DNA of 64,000 nt from a virus, in the IMG/VR virus record IMGVR_UViG_3300009425_004205, positions 14,463 to 78,462 of that record; one strand, 5' to 3'. This document shows, one piece after another, positions 27,148 through 38,700 of the stretch; the stretch's first letter is position 1; every line of letters begins with the position of its first letter. The notes beneath the pieces are model-generated. The model worked only from the letters and a program-made list of their open reading frames with translations, was not told where the DNA came from and did not search any database. The translations under genes and the position numbers were made by a program.

Positions 27148-28518
27148 ATGTCTTCTTATCGTCCTAGTCCCATATCACCAGGTAGCATAAATGTTCTAGT
27201 TAATAAAAAGAGCACAAGCTCATCCGGGGCCCCACCCGCTTCTATGCCAGGTATCGGAAGTATTGATTCCGCGAAAGAATATAACAAGTCTATTAATGAG
27301 TCGTACGAGTCAGCTATTGAGACTGTGTCGGAGGAGTTGATAGCCGAAGTATATGCATGTAGGCTTATAAGTATAGAATCAGTGGCGTCAGAACTTCCTG
27401 GCCATGTTTATGCTTCTCTTTTTGCACAGAATAGTGAAACCTCGCCAGACTCTTCAATGATAATGGAAGTCACTGCGGGAGTTGATTTCTTCCACACAGC
27501 ATTAAAGCCACCAGAAACACAGCTAGAGGTATCCAGGTTTCATAAGTTTTATTCAGTAGTTCAAATTGGCAAACTATATAATCCGGGAGACAAGATATTG
27601 GTTAGGTATGTAGACGAGAACCCAAGAACAGTTGGGCTAATAATCGCCTTAGCCGCCCCGGTACAGATGGTTAGTACAGATATTCCTCCTGGTGCATCCT
27701 TTATGGGCGCCAGCAGTACTAGTACTCTTTCTAACTTTGCTGGCCAGAGAGATGCAAACGTAAAATATCCAAGAAGAGTTGTCTGTCTTGGGGATTCAAT
27801 AACTGCTGCATGCAGTGACATAAATCACAGAAAAAACAACGGAACGGCAGCTACAGCAGCTAGGCTCTGTGGGTATTCTAAGAAGATTAAAAACCTTATG
27901 GGTGAAGGGGAAGTCTTCAAGTTGGGATATGCAGGTAAACAAACAAGGCACATCTTGACAGGAAAAGAGGGCAAGCAACCCAAGTCAGTGGGTATAGTAT
28001 GGGAACAGATAGACGGAAAAGTATCGGCAGGAGGTTTACAAGTTGCGCTAAGACTCAACCCGACAGACTTGATTATTATGGCAGGGGTTAACGATTTAGC
28101 GTCTGGAAAGCGGGCCCCCTCGATAATAAACAACCTTAAGGCGATGTATATCGAAGCTAAGAATAAAGGAATAAGAGTAATTGCTTTAACTATCATCCCG
28201 TGGGCATCCCACAAACCTGCTGATTTCGGAGTCAGTGGAAAAAGGGTAAAGAGATCTCGCTGGGCCCCCGAGTATAAGAAAGTTAATGATTTTATAAGAA
28301 GTAGTGCCTTAGTTGATGTGGTAGTCGACACTGAAAAATTCATGGGAGACGGCCAAAGCCCACCAGCGCTTCTACGAGAGTTTCGACGATCTAATAAGCC
28401 AGATGGAGATCAATTGCATCCCAACTCAAAGGGTCAAGCGTTTTTGGGCGAACTTATATATAAGGTGGCTTTAAAAGAAAAGAAAGAGAAAGAGAAGGAA
28501 AAAGTTGCAGCTCCATAG
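27148..28518 (+). CDS. Baseplate-hub-like protein with SGNH/GDSL esterase domain
   Basis: VVCLGDSIT (Ser), GYAG, MAGVNDL (Asn) and DQLHPN (DxxH). Confidence 0.8.
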   Translation: MSSYRPSPISPGSINVLVNKKSTSSSGAPPASMPGIGSIDSAKEYNKSINESYESAIETVSEELIAEVYACRLISIESVASELPGHVYASLFAQNSETSPDSSMIMEVTAGVDFFHTALKPPETQLEVSRFHKFYSVVQIGKLYNPGDKILVRYVDENPRTVGLIIALAAPVQMVSTDIPPGASFMGASSTSTLSNFAGQRDANVKYPRRVVCLGDSITAACSDINHRKNNGTAATAARLCGYSKKIKNLMGEGEVFKLGYAGKQTRHILTGKEGKQPKSVGIVWEQIDGKVSAGGLQVALRLNPTDLIIMAGVNDLASGKRAPSIINNLKAMYIEAKNKGIRVIALTIIPWASHKPADFGVSGKRVKRSRWAPEYKKVNDFIRSSALVDVVVDTEKFMGDGQSPPALLREFRRSNKPDGDQLHPNSKGQAFLGELIYKVALKEKKEKEKEKVAAP

Positions 28519-28664
28519 ACACAACTAGCGAACCAGCCTATGTTACAGGTTTTTAAAAAGAAACAATTTTTTAGGTTAGAGGTAATTATTATAATAACTC
28601 TTTTAAATATGCCAGATTTTGAGGTATGATGTCGTAAGAGTAACTCAGAAGCATAGGAAAACCA

Positions 28665-29738
28665 ATGGTTAAGAAAACCGGAGACTCCCTAGGGGAAAAG
28701 AAAATAGCAGAAGGCGTATGCTACGAAGCCTTAAGTGAACATGTTCCGCTATTCAATGCTCGCGACGGAGATGGTGTCATAACAGGCACCCTCGCCGATG
28801 GTAGAAATAATAATGCCTGGATAGTTATGGGTAGAGACAGACAGGATGACGCTTGCTCTGGGTATGGGGGTGTTGGCAACCAAAAGTCCGGAGCTATAGA
28901 CATAGTTGTAGGTAGAATGTCACCGGCGCCCTTATCACACTTTCCAGGAGACAAATCAGACAAGATATATGTGGATCCAATTTACAAATCTATAATAGAA
29001 ACGAGATTATCTGCAGACGAATATAAGAGTCTGGATTGGAATGAAAAGTTGTTAGAAGATATTAATGAGGGCATTGAGCCCAAGCCTGCCAACTTTAAAG
29101 GTGTGTATATGGACGCCGCACGTATATATATCAGCCAAAAGGCAGACATAGATTATTACTTTGGATTGGCCCCAGGTATGAAGGTACAAAGTCCTTCACG
29201 AGGACAATCTCCAAGATCTGCCATTGCCATGAAAGCAGACGGAGTTAGAGTTATAGCGAGAGAGGGAATAAAACTAGTTACCATGGGCGCAAAAGGCGAC
29301 TCAAAGGGTGTGTGGAATTCGCAAGGCGGAAAAATAAACGCAACACAAGGAATTGAACTCATAGCTGGAAACGGATATGACAACAATGGAAACAGGATAG
29401 AACAAGAGCCGCTAGTTAAAGGCTTCACTTTGGCAGCGGGCTTAAGGGAGCTAGCTGAGGATATAGGCGAGTTGGCTGGTGTATTAGCTGTTTTTGCTGA
29501 AACTCAATTGAATTTTAACGCTGCGATAATGCAACACAATCACGGCTCTTTTTTCTTGGGAACGATGACTACAACTTCTCCGACGGCTACGATTGCTGGC
29601 ATGCAAAATTTAACAAACTTAATAGGCAGAGTTCAGGTATCTATTATGGGAAATAAGGCAAACAAAGCTAGCTGGGTTACTAGATATGCAGCTAAAGGTA
29701 ATGCTAAAATTTATAGTGATTACAACACAACAAACTGA
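28665..29738 (+). CDS. Putative baseplate central spike (gp5 C-terminal-like)
   Basis: GRNNNAWIVMGRDR, DAARIYISQK, ADGVRVIAREGIKL, EPLVKG and a QHNH (HxH) tip-like motif; located among baseplate genes. Confidence 0.55.
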   Translation: MVKKTGDSLGEKKIAEGVCYEALSEHVPLFNARDGDGVITGTLADGRNNNAWIVMGRDRQDDACSGYGGVGNQKSGAIDIVVGRMSPAPLSHFPGDKSDKIYVDPIYKSIIETRLSADEYKSLDWNEKLLEDINEGIEPKPANFKGVYMDAARIYISQKADIDYYFGLAPGMKVQSPSRGQSPRSAIAMKADGVRVIAREGIKLVTMGAKGDSKGVWNSQGGKINATQGIELIAGNGYDNNGNRIEQEPLVKGFTLAAGLRELAEDIGELAGVLAVFAETQLNFNAAIMQHNHGSFFLGTMTTTSPTATIAGMQNLTNLIGRVQVSIMGNKANKASWVTRYAAKGNAKIYSDYNTTN

Positions 29739-29746
29739 GATATTAC

Positions 29747-32700
29747 ATGGCAAATATATTCAACATTAAAGTACAAGTAAAACCCCCATCCGGCGGCCGC
29801 GAAAAGCCGACTTATCGCGTAGTCAAATTCAATCCAGGTTATATCCTCAAATCATCTGGGTTCGAGATACTAATTTTCAAGCACCTCCTAGGACAGGTGG
29901 TACCCCAGGATTCTTATTCTGTTGCTGAAAGGGGGTTTTTTGGAAGTAAGAAAACAAGAACAAGTCCATCGCGCTCCGCAAACCAAAAGCTTGGAATGGA
30001 AGACGGATTTAAGTTTGATGCAAAATTAAAAGCTGCGCTAGAGACATATCAATTGAATAATAGAGATTCAATAGTCGAGTATGGCAGGAACGTATTGAAT
30101 TGGGAGAGAGTTGGGAATGATACGAACGCACAGCCTGATGTACAAAATCAGACAATAAGCGGCACTAGTGAAGGTTTCAGTCGTGAACTGGGAGTCATTG
30201 GCGAGGCCACGATGGCAGTGATGCACGGCTACCGAGATATTAGCACTCCTCATTTCTATAATAATGGCTTTGGTGACGTTCCCCGTCGTATGGTTTTCGA
30301 AGGCAAGATGTCCAACACTGCCGTCGAAGATCCTCCGAAAAGAAATAGTGACTTGCACCAAGCAACGCAGTATGTCAGAACTCGAGCAGAGGATATGTCA
30401 GATGTGGCAGACGACAAAACTGCATCTGGTGGAGATATTTCTGTCATCGCGCTGAGAGAGCTTGGCAGTCCGCCCCCAACATCCGATACGAAACCGTGGG
30501 AAGACGAAAAATATATTTATGTGTATGTAGACACGGAGTACACTAGAAAAAAGCCACCTGATTTTTCAAAACCGCCTCCCACCGGCTCGAACGATAGACG
30601 TACTTGGAGAGAGTATATAGAAATAAAAGAAATTGAAGCTCTTCGAAAGGTTTACAAGTATTATGCAAAAGCATTCACGTGGGGTCCACTGAACGTTCTT
30701 AACGACGATCCTCGAATTATTGATGTTTGGGGGGCGAAAATAAAAGAAACTTCTAAAATAACGATAGATCCTTCTGGGGATGCTATGTTGTGGAGGCTTC
30801 TGGAAGAAAGAACACCGATCGGAAGCGCATCCCTTCCCCTAATAAGTACATTGGAGGATAACCATGGTTTTGTCCCACCAGGCCTGAAACCCGGAGATGT
30901 GTATAGAATTAAATTTTCAATATGGAAAAAGAAAATGCTATTCGGCAGTTCTACCTCAGCCGCGGCAATGTCTGTGTCTGATGCTATTTACAATGGCAGA
31001 CTGATGTACGAGCAAGCAATTGACTATATAGATGCTGCTGGAGAATTTCTTGAAGATCCACATGCGGCGCTTCACGCACTATCCGGCGACACGCGGCAGA
31101 TGATGGATAATGCCGAGAAAGCGGTGAAAGATAAGGTATCATCAGTAGTTAGAAATGCTAGCAAAAACAAGAAAAAATTAATCAGAAATGCCTGGAAGCG
31201 AGGTATCCGAGAGCAAGAAAGAAGAGGCGCCGACGCAAAGTGGGCAGCTTCTGAAAAAATGGGTGCATTGCTGGAGACTGCATCTGAAGAGACAACTTTC
31301 CCAGCACGAAAAACATACGAGGTTCGTACATTCAAAAAGTATATTAAAGCTGTTGCAACTAAAATGAGAGAATTTTCAAAAGAACTTCATGAGTGGCAAG
31401 CAGGTGCGGGCCCGAAAGGAAAGTTGAAAGATGCCGGAGGATTCTATCCTCCGATAGATATGGATCTCGAAGCAAGAAACCTTGAATCCGTCATAGGGGC
31501 AATGGAGAGAATTGTAGAGAAAAATGGATTTGAGTTTAAGGATAAGTTCGGATCTAAGTTGGCTATTGATTTTTTAGAGACAAAGAACGAAAAAGGACAA
31601 ATCACTGGAGCGCAAATATTTGGCTACATAAAATTTATATCACCAGTTTCTGATAATTATGAAGCTAGGGTTGTCGCCCAATTCGGATACAACCCAGATA
31701 AACCAGAAGTTACCGGCTCCTTCGGCGATCCCAGCGATCCGAAAGATGCAACTCCCAACAGAAATCATCCGTTTAACACTTCAGAAGAAGATAAGTTAAA
31801 CACTACACTTTTATCAAAGCTATCAGAGGACTATCAGGTAGGAGCCTCAAAAGGTATCTGGGCAAACGCTAGAACTATGGCATATTTACTGCATTTAGAA
31901 GAAATGTATTCATTTATTAATAGGCCTGCATCATCAACGTTCTCGACATGCGACGAGATAAACACCCCAAAGGCAATCCCGTTTGTAACAAGGTACACAT
32001 TACCGAAGCCTGGAATTAAACCAAGGACACCTGACGGATACAAGAAACGCCAAGAGGCTTCAGGCCTCTTTGGCTCAGGAACCAGTGATTCGTTAGATAG
32101 AGTGTCAAGAAAGCTCAATACGTCGGAACTGAAACTTCTCAGTAGCATTAAACGTACTTCGGATATCATAACTGAAAAGGCAATGATAACTTCTGAAAAT
32201 AAAGATAATATTATTAAAGTCGAGAGGGGGAAGACATACGATATAAACGATATTCTCCCTCTAGGAGAGCTTTGTACCTTGGAAGAGGTTTGGCAAAAGT
32301 TTATTAAAACGTTTGATTTCAAGGCTTTGATGTGCGAATATGCACAGTGCGTACCAGCTATTCCTTGGCCAATTGAGTTTAAGTGGGATTTTGATTTTGA
32401 CTTTGAGTGGCCAAAGATACCAACTTTCGATATATATGTCATATATCCAATAATATTGATGGCACTAGCTGAAATGATGATAAGAATGTTGTGCACAATT
32501 GTCATGAAGCTGCTGGACATGATAAAGTTTCCGAATTGTGATGAGATTTTTGACGCGGCAATGTATGGTATAGCAAACCTGTATGAAGAAATACAAAATC
32601 ATGATGACGGCTCAGAGGCATATTTTACTACTCACCAAATCGATCCTTCTCGCCCTGCCTCTGGAATTGACAAAGAATTTTTAAAATTATTAAGAAAACA

Positions 32701-35700
32701 AGAGCCGAAACAAATGGCAGCGCAAGCTAAGCTTCTCAAGGGGTTGGTTGATTTTGGAATACCGCCAGAGAGAATTTCAGATGCAAACGTTTCTGGGGAT
32801 ACTGTATCGAGCTTGGTTACTGATATATCAAACGTGCTTACCCCTTCTGAACTTTGTTCTATGCTATCCGGCACTCCGCTACCTAATACGATGGAGTATG
32901 TCCAGGGACTAATTAGAAATAGCCACCCCGAGTTGATATCTTTCTTTCCCAATCAGGATGATACAGCTAGATTTTTCGGCACGCTTGGCGGCATGCTGGA
33001 TCCTGAAATCTGTGAGAAGATATCAAGAATTCCAGATTCTATAGTCGCAAATCGGATATGCCCAGAGACAGACACAACCCTCAGGGATGCCCTGCTCACA
33101 GACGGAGCCTCTCCATCTGCCATAAGAAGCGCACTGGATATAGCGAAAGCAGATGCTGAAAGAAGAGCCGCGGCATTTAAGAGTTTGGCCAGCGAAAACC
33201 CACTAAAGAAAGCAATACCTAATCCTCTGGACTTTTCGGATCCGAATGCGATAATATCTGATTTGCCTCCAGCTTTCGCTAATCAGATTAAGACTGCGTC
33301 GAGAGCGCTCTTCAGTATACCAAAATCATCTTTTCTGAGGGAGGTGGTTGGGTTTATTCCTGCACTATATGATACAAATTCAAGATCTTTACGACAAGGC
33401 GATGCTGAATTTAACTCTTTTCTCCGCATAAAAGCTGAAGAGGCAATAGAAATATTTACTTTATTTGAGGGAAGCCAAGGCCTCCTGGCTGGAGACATGT
33501 ATGATAGATACCGGGCGAGAGAGTCACTATACAAAAAGTTTATTTATAAAATAGCTAGATACGAGCTTGACGAGAATGGAAATCAAGTAAGGATAAGAGT
33601 ATTTGGATCGGACTTTTCAATACCCAAGATAATATCTGCAAATTTGAACCCGAACTTCGCTGAACTATCCGAGGCAGAAAGAATCAGGGAGCTTACTTCT
33701 AAGGGATTTTGGAAAGTTGAGGAGGGCAGGATAGACGGCTGGTTAGCACTCAATAAAGAGAATGATAATTCGACTTTGGGGCTCGCTCCACAAGAAACTG
33801 ATCCCGACACTAAATCCGTAGCACCATCGCTATCGGCAACCATGGCATCGAAAACAAAATCTCCTGATCCTGAAGAGAACCCCCCTCACGCCCTCGCATC
33901 ACCGGGCACTGTAACAAAACGAAGAGACTTAGAAAAAATAGAAGCTGCAACAACGCTCCCTGGCGGCCAAGAGGCAATTGCAGAATTCGAAAAGGTGCTA
34001 ATAGAGGACATACAGTCAAGAATAATGGAATTGAGGGATGACATTTTAAGAGATTTGGAAGTGAACCACAAACAAAGAACAGAAGCCGTGGTTGCTCCAA
34101 CAATTAAGTCTTTTTTCCTGAAATCTGAAGAAATAGCGAGGGAAAGAGAGGATCCCGAATCCGAGATAGAAAAGGGAAACTTTTACTGGGAATCTTCAGG
34201 TGAAGGAGAGTCTTTTATTATGAGGATACCGATACCAGGTTCTGCCCCCCCTCCGGCTTTTGGTATTGTCCGCGAGGGAGAAGAAGATACAAATGCTAGG
34301 TTAGTGTATACTGATTTGCCTGGCAATGGGCTGCCTTACTATAGTTTGTCGATATATGATGGAATATTGACTAAGAAAACAACCATATATAGAGAATGTG
34401 ATGTTTTTTCCGAGGAAATGAAAGAGAAGATAGGGGAACTTCCAGCTGGAAGAAATATTCGAAGTTGGACATTCTCAGGACTCATGCACGATATGTATTC
34501 TAGAGAAATGGAAAGGTACGGGTTTCCGTTCGACTCAAGAGAGGGCTCTATTGATAATGAGGCTTTAGCTAGCTTTAGAGAGTCAGCCCATGACGTGCTA
34601 TACAAGCCTGCAACAGAGGCGTTTTATGAGGAGATATTTGATCAGTTATCTGGAAGTCCTATCTTCGATATATCGGAGCATCCAAAATTGGACTCAAACA
34701 TAAGAGGCAAAACGATTATAGATGCTGAGACAGGATGCATAAGAATACAGAAGGGTATGATAGATTTTGAGCAGTTTGTGGAAGAAGCCGTAAATGCAGT
34801 TGCCGCCGAGTTTAAGAAGCCGGAAAACTCATTAACAAAAATAGATTACTTGAAACCGGGCCCCTTCGAAAAGGGTATGATGGCTGCTTTAGTTAGTTTG
34901 CTGATAGATGTGTTCTTGATAGAATTTGCTCTTAGGGGTAGCATATCTTTCTCCTCGTTTAGTGCCAAGAAGCTGTTTAAGGACAAAAACATGCAGAGCT
35001 ATTTAATAGACTTTGTCAATGCTTCTTTAGAAAAGATAACTATCGTGCCTAATTTAAAGGATACCTTTTACGCAGAAATAAAGCGACTGACTAAGCTAGA
35101 AGATTCTTCTTCTGCCTTGTTCGAGATTCTTAAGACAAGGTTGTATCAAAAAAGCGAGTCCATAGATATAGAAGGCTTGTCAAAAAGGGAAAAGACAACT
35201 CCAGAATTAATAGACGAGGTATTTGGTACAAAAATTGAGTCTCCTTCTGTTAACTTTCTTACGAGAATGAACAGGAGGGATGTTCCACGTCTAAGTACCT
35301 CCAACGGCGTCACCGCCCCCGAACCACAGCTGCTTCCTGATGTAGAAAATATTAAGAGAAAGGGAGATTTCTACTTAGAGGGTTACGTAAGGGTAGAAGG
35401 CATAGGAGCCAAAAATACATTTGAAGATGTTGAATTGAGCACAATAAATCCAGAAACTGAAGTAGATTGGCTTGACGATGCAGCGACAAGGATAGAAGGC
35501 ATGAACCAGTTTGCTTCAGCTGGTATTACGGCAGAGGCAATAAGAAATAGAGTCGATGAGCTGAGAACTATGGACGCCCTCGCTGGTGCAGCCGATGATA
35601 ATTATACTAAGAACGTTGGCATAGATATAAATGAGGATACTGTTACAGACAGCACACCTATGGAATTGGCTAACATAGGCGAAGTACAGGAATTTATAAA

Positions 35701-38700
35701 TTCTGCATATAAATCAAGTTTTGATGAAGAATTGTGTGACATGGTTGGCGCAGTCTTTGACGAAGACGAACAAGCGTCTTGTTATATGATGCCGAAAACT
35801 TCTTATAGATTCCCAACCAGGTTTATAAAGAGGAACAGGAAGTACTTGAGGATAAATCGAGGAATTGCAAATGCGGAATTCAACGATGATGCCGAAGTTA
35901 AGGGAATATTCTCTCTTGCTGGGAACTCAAAAGCGACAATTGCTCAAAGGGTGACTAGTCTCCAATCTCATCACCATTCGCGAAACCAAGATATGAGAGT
36001 GCCAGATGAGGTGCATTATTTTGTGGTACCAGCAGACTATTGCCAAGTCCGCGCGGACATTGAGGGCGCGGATAGTGAATCCTTTAATAAAACATATCAA
36101 ACACACGTATCGAGCCCCATGAGCGATGAGGCGAAAGCAGCACACACTCAGACAATTCATGAAACAATCTCAACCTTGCCAATAAAGTCATATGTAGAGC
36201 AGGTATATCCTATGGATAAGATTACAATCCATGGCATGCCAGGGGGCGATAGTCCAGGCGAGGCTGTCTTGGAAAAGTGGATGCAATCTATAATTCCAGC
36301 AACAGGCACGTACGTGGAAAGTGTCACTGCAGATAACTCTAGTTGGAATGGGTACCCCCTTAAGGAAGAACTCCGGACAAACGAGGAAGATTTCCCCAAG
36401 CTAGAAAGAGGGCTTTGCATGGGCAAGGTTCAAATGAAAGGCCCATCCGGCGATCTAATTGGAAAGCCCCATCACCCACTTGACCCTTCTGCGCCATGGA
36501 TGATGTCGTCAAACAGCGCACTGATGGAAGCAGGCGCTTATCTTGGAAACTTGTCAAATGCTGGGCTAGATAATCCCGGCAACTTTTTTAATGCTTTCTT
36601 GAATGGACAGGTTAGAGGTGCTTCACCTCCAAACGAAACTCGTTTGATGGACAACATAAGGTATTCTTTATCGTCAGGCGAAAGATCCCTTGCGACTGCC
36701 ACTTGTGTGTGGGAAGAGTGGACAGAGTATATTGTATATGATGACATGTTCACGTTTAAGAACCCCGGTGAATCTTTGCACCATCCAGATGAAATGCCCC
36801 GTATTAAGAGCACGCTGGCTTCTATCCCCAGCGGGCCCGCCGGACACCCTTATGATAAGACATTAGCCGGCCGCCGTATTGGCAGACCCATGGGCTATAG
36901 TCCATCTGGGGTAGAGAACACAGAAGAGCTTGATACAAATCATTATGCAACTCCAGTAAGGGTAGTCATCACGAGGGTGGATTACAAGCTTAGAGGTAAG
37001 GAAGAGGATGGTACTAGTGCCGACATTACTTTGGATTCTGAATTCTTTGCAAAATACGATTTACCCGAAACATTGCAATGTCCAGTTATTGTGGATTCTT
37101 CCGGATATTCGTATCTAAACAAAGGAAGGAAATTTGCACTACAGCACGGATTGAATTCTCTAGTTGATGAACATCTAGATATAAGAGGCTTAGAATTAGC
37201 CTTAGCCGGCGCAGGTATAACAGAGGAAGAGGTGCAGTCTATAATTGACATTGGAGTTTCTACTGCCGGTGAGGATGACGAACTCAGAGGAAGGTACAGT
37301 GTTGTATACGACGTATGGTTAAAAAGAACACTAATAGGATATATCAGGGCAACCATAGCTGAATCAAATCCGGACTGTTCATCCGAAGACGCCGGCATCG
37401 CCGAAGATTGCAGCAATTATTACAGAACAGCCATTCCTGCACCGAGAGAAATCAGTGGACGTCAAGTTCCGTATTGGGAAGAAGCGTGGTGGGGAAATCA
37501 GAGGGTAAATTTAACCTTGACTACCGTCAGAAGCGACTCTACTAATGACGGCCAAGGGCCCGGCAATGTACGAAGTATTAATAATGTTAACGTAAGCCCA
37601 TTCAGCAGCGGGGCATATGAGCAATTAGTAGAGGTAGCAACAAGAAGATTGCGGAATTTCCTGAACGGCTTTGTTCGGGGGAATCGTAAGTCCACCGCCG
37701 GCGCAGGCGGCGCAGGCACGCCTGCGATTACTGTTTCTAAGGTATATTCTGCTGCATGTTTACATGAGTCTGTGATTAGGGGCTGGGTGCCACCTATGGC
37801 TGCTGCATCCCACGCTGGCCAGATTCCCGCTTCTTGTAACTTTTCCACAACAACATCTGAATACCTACCAGAACAACATTCAGGCATTAATAGTGATAAA
37901 GCAAATGGGATGTATCTGAGAGGCTCTTGGGCATTAAACAAAGGTGTCGCCGCGGCAGCCATTCCGCTTATCACTCGCAGCGGCAGAATTAACTTATTCG
38001 ATGAGCAAGATAAAACTTCTTTTATCGCATTTATTGAAAATTATCTTGGTGAGTGGGTGGACAAAAGAAGGTACGAATCGTTCTGGGGAAGGACATCTAG
38101 TCCATGGTGGCTTCACGGCGGTCCCGGCTACTGGCCAGCATCTAGAAGAAGGAAATCAATCTCTGCCAGGACTATTAAATATGACACAATAGGCCTGTCC
38201 AAATATTTCGATGACAACATACATATTGGATCAGGGGAACTCCTATTGAGTTCTCCGATCGGCGCACCCGTTGAGAATATCCTCGGCCAGACGCATTCTG
38301 GCAGAATAAGCCCTCCCGGCAATATCCCCGAATTGTATTCTGGTGGTGCTCTATCACTGCACGATGTAGGCAACGCGGAGCTTACTTGGCCGGATATGGC
38401 GATCATTTTGCTGCCCGGCCGCGACGGAGCCGTTGTCGGCCGCGTCGCGCTGGGGCGAGGTGCCAACCCCCCCAAGCCGATAGGCTGGCCACACAGGACT
38501 GCGGAGCGTGACTCAATAAGATACTTTCCAGATATTTTTTACGGGGGAGAGTCTCCAGAGTTATTGCCAGTTGAGGACACCGGGAGAAGAGTTGAATTTA
38601 ATCTGGTTGATAGCAATCCTATGAGTTTGGACTCTGGAAATATGGGCGAAGATATAATATTTGCTGACGATCGCCATGAAAAAATACCAGACCCAGAAAA

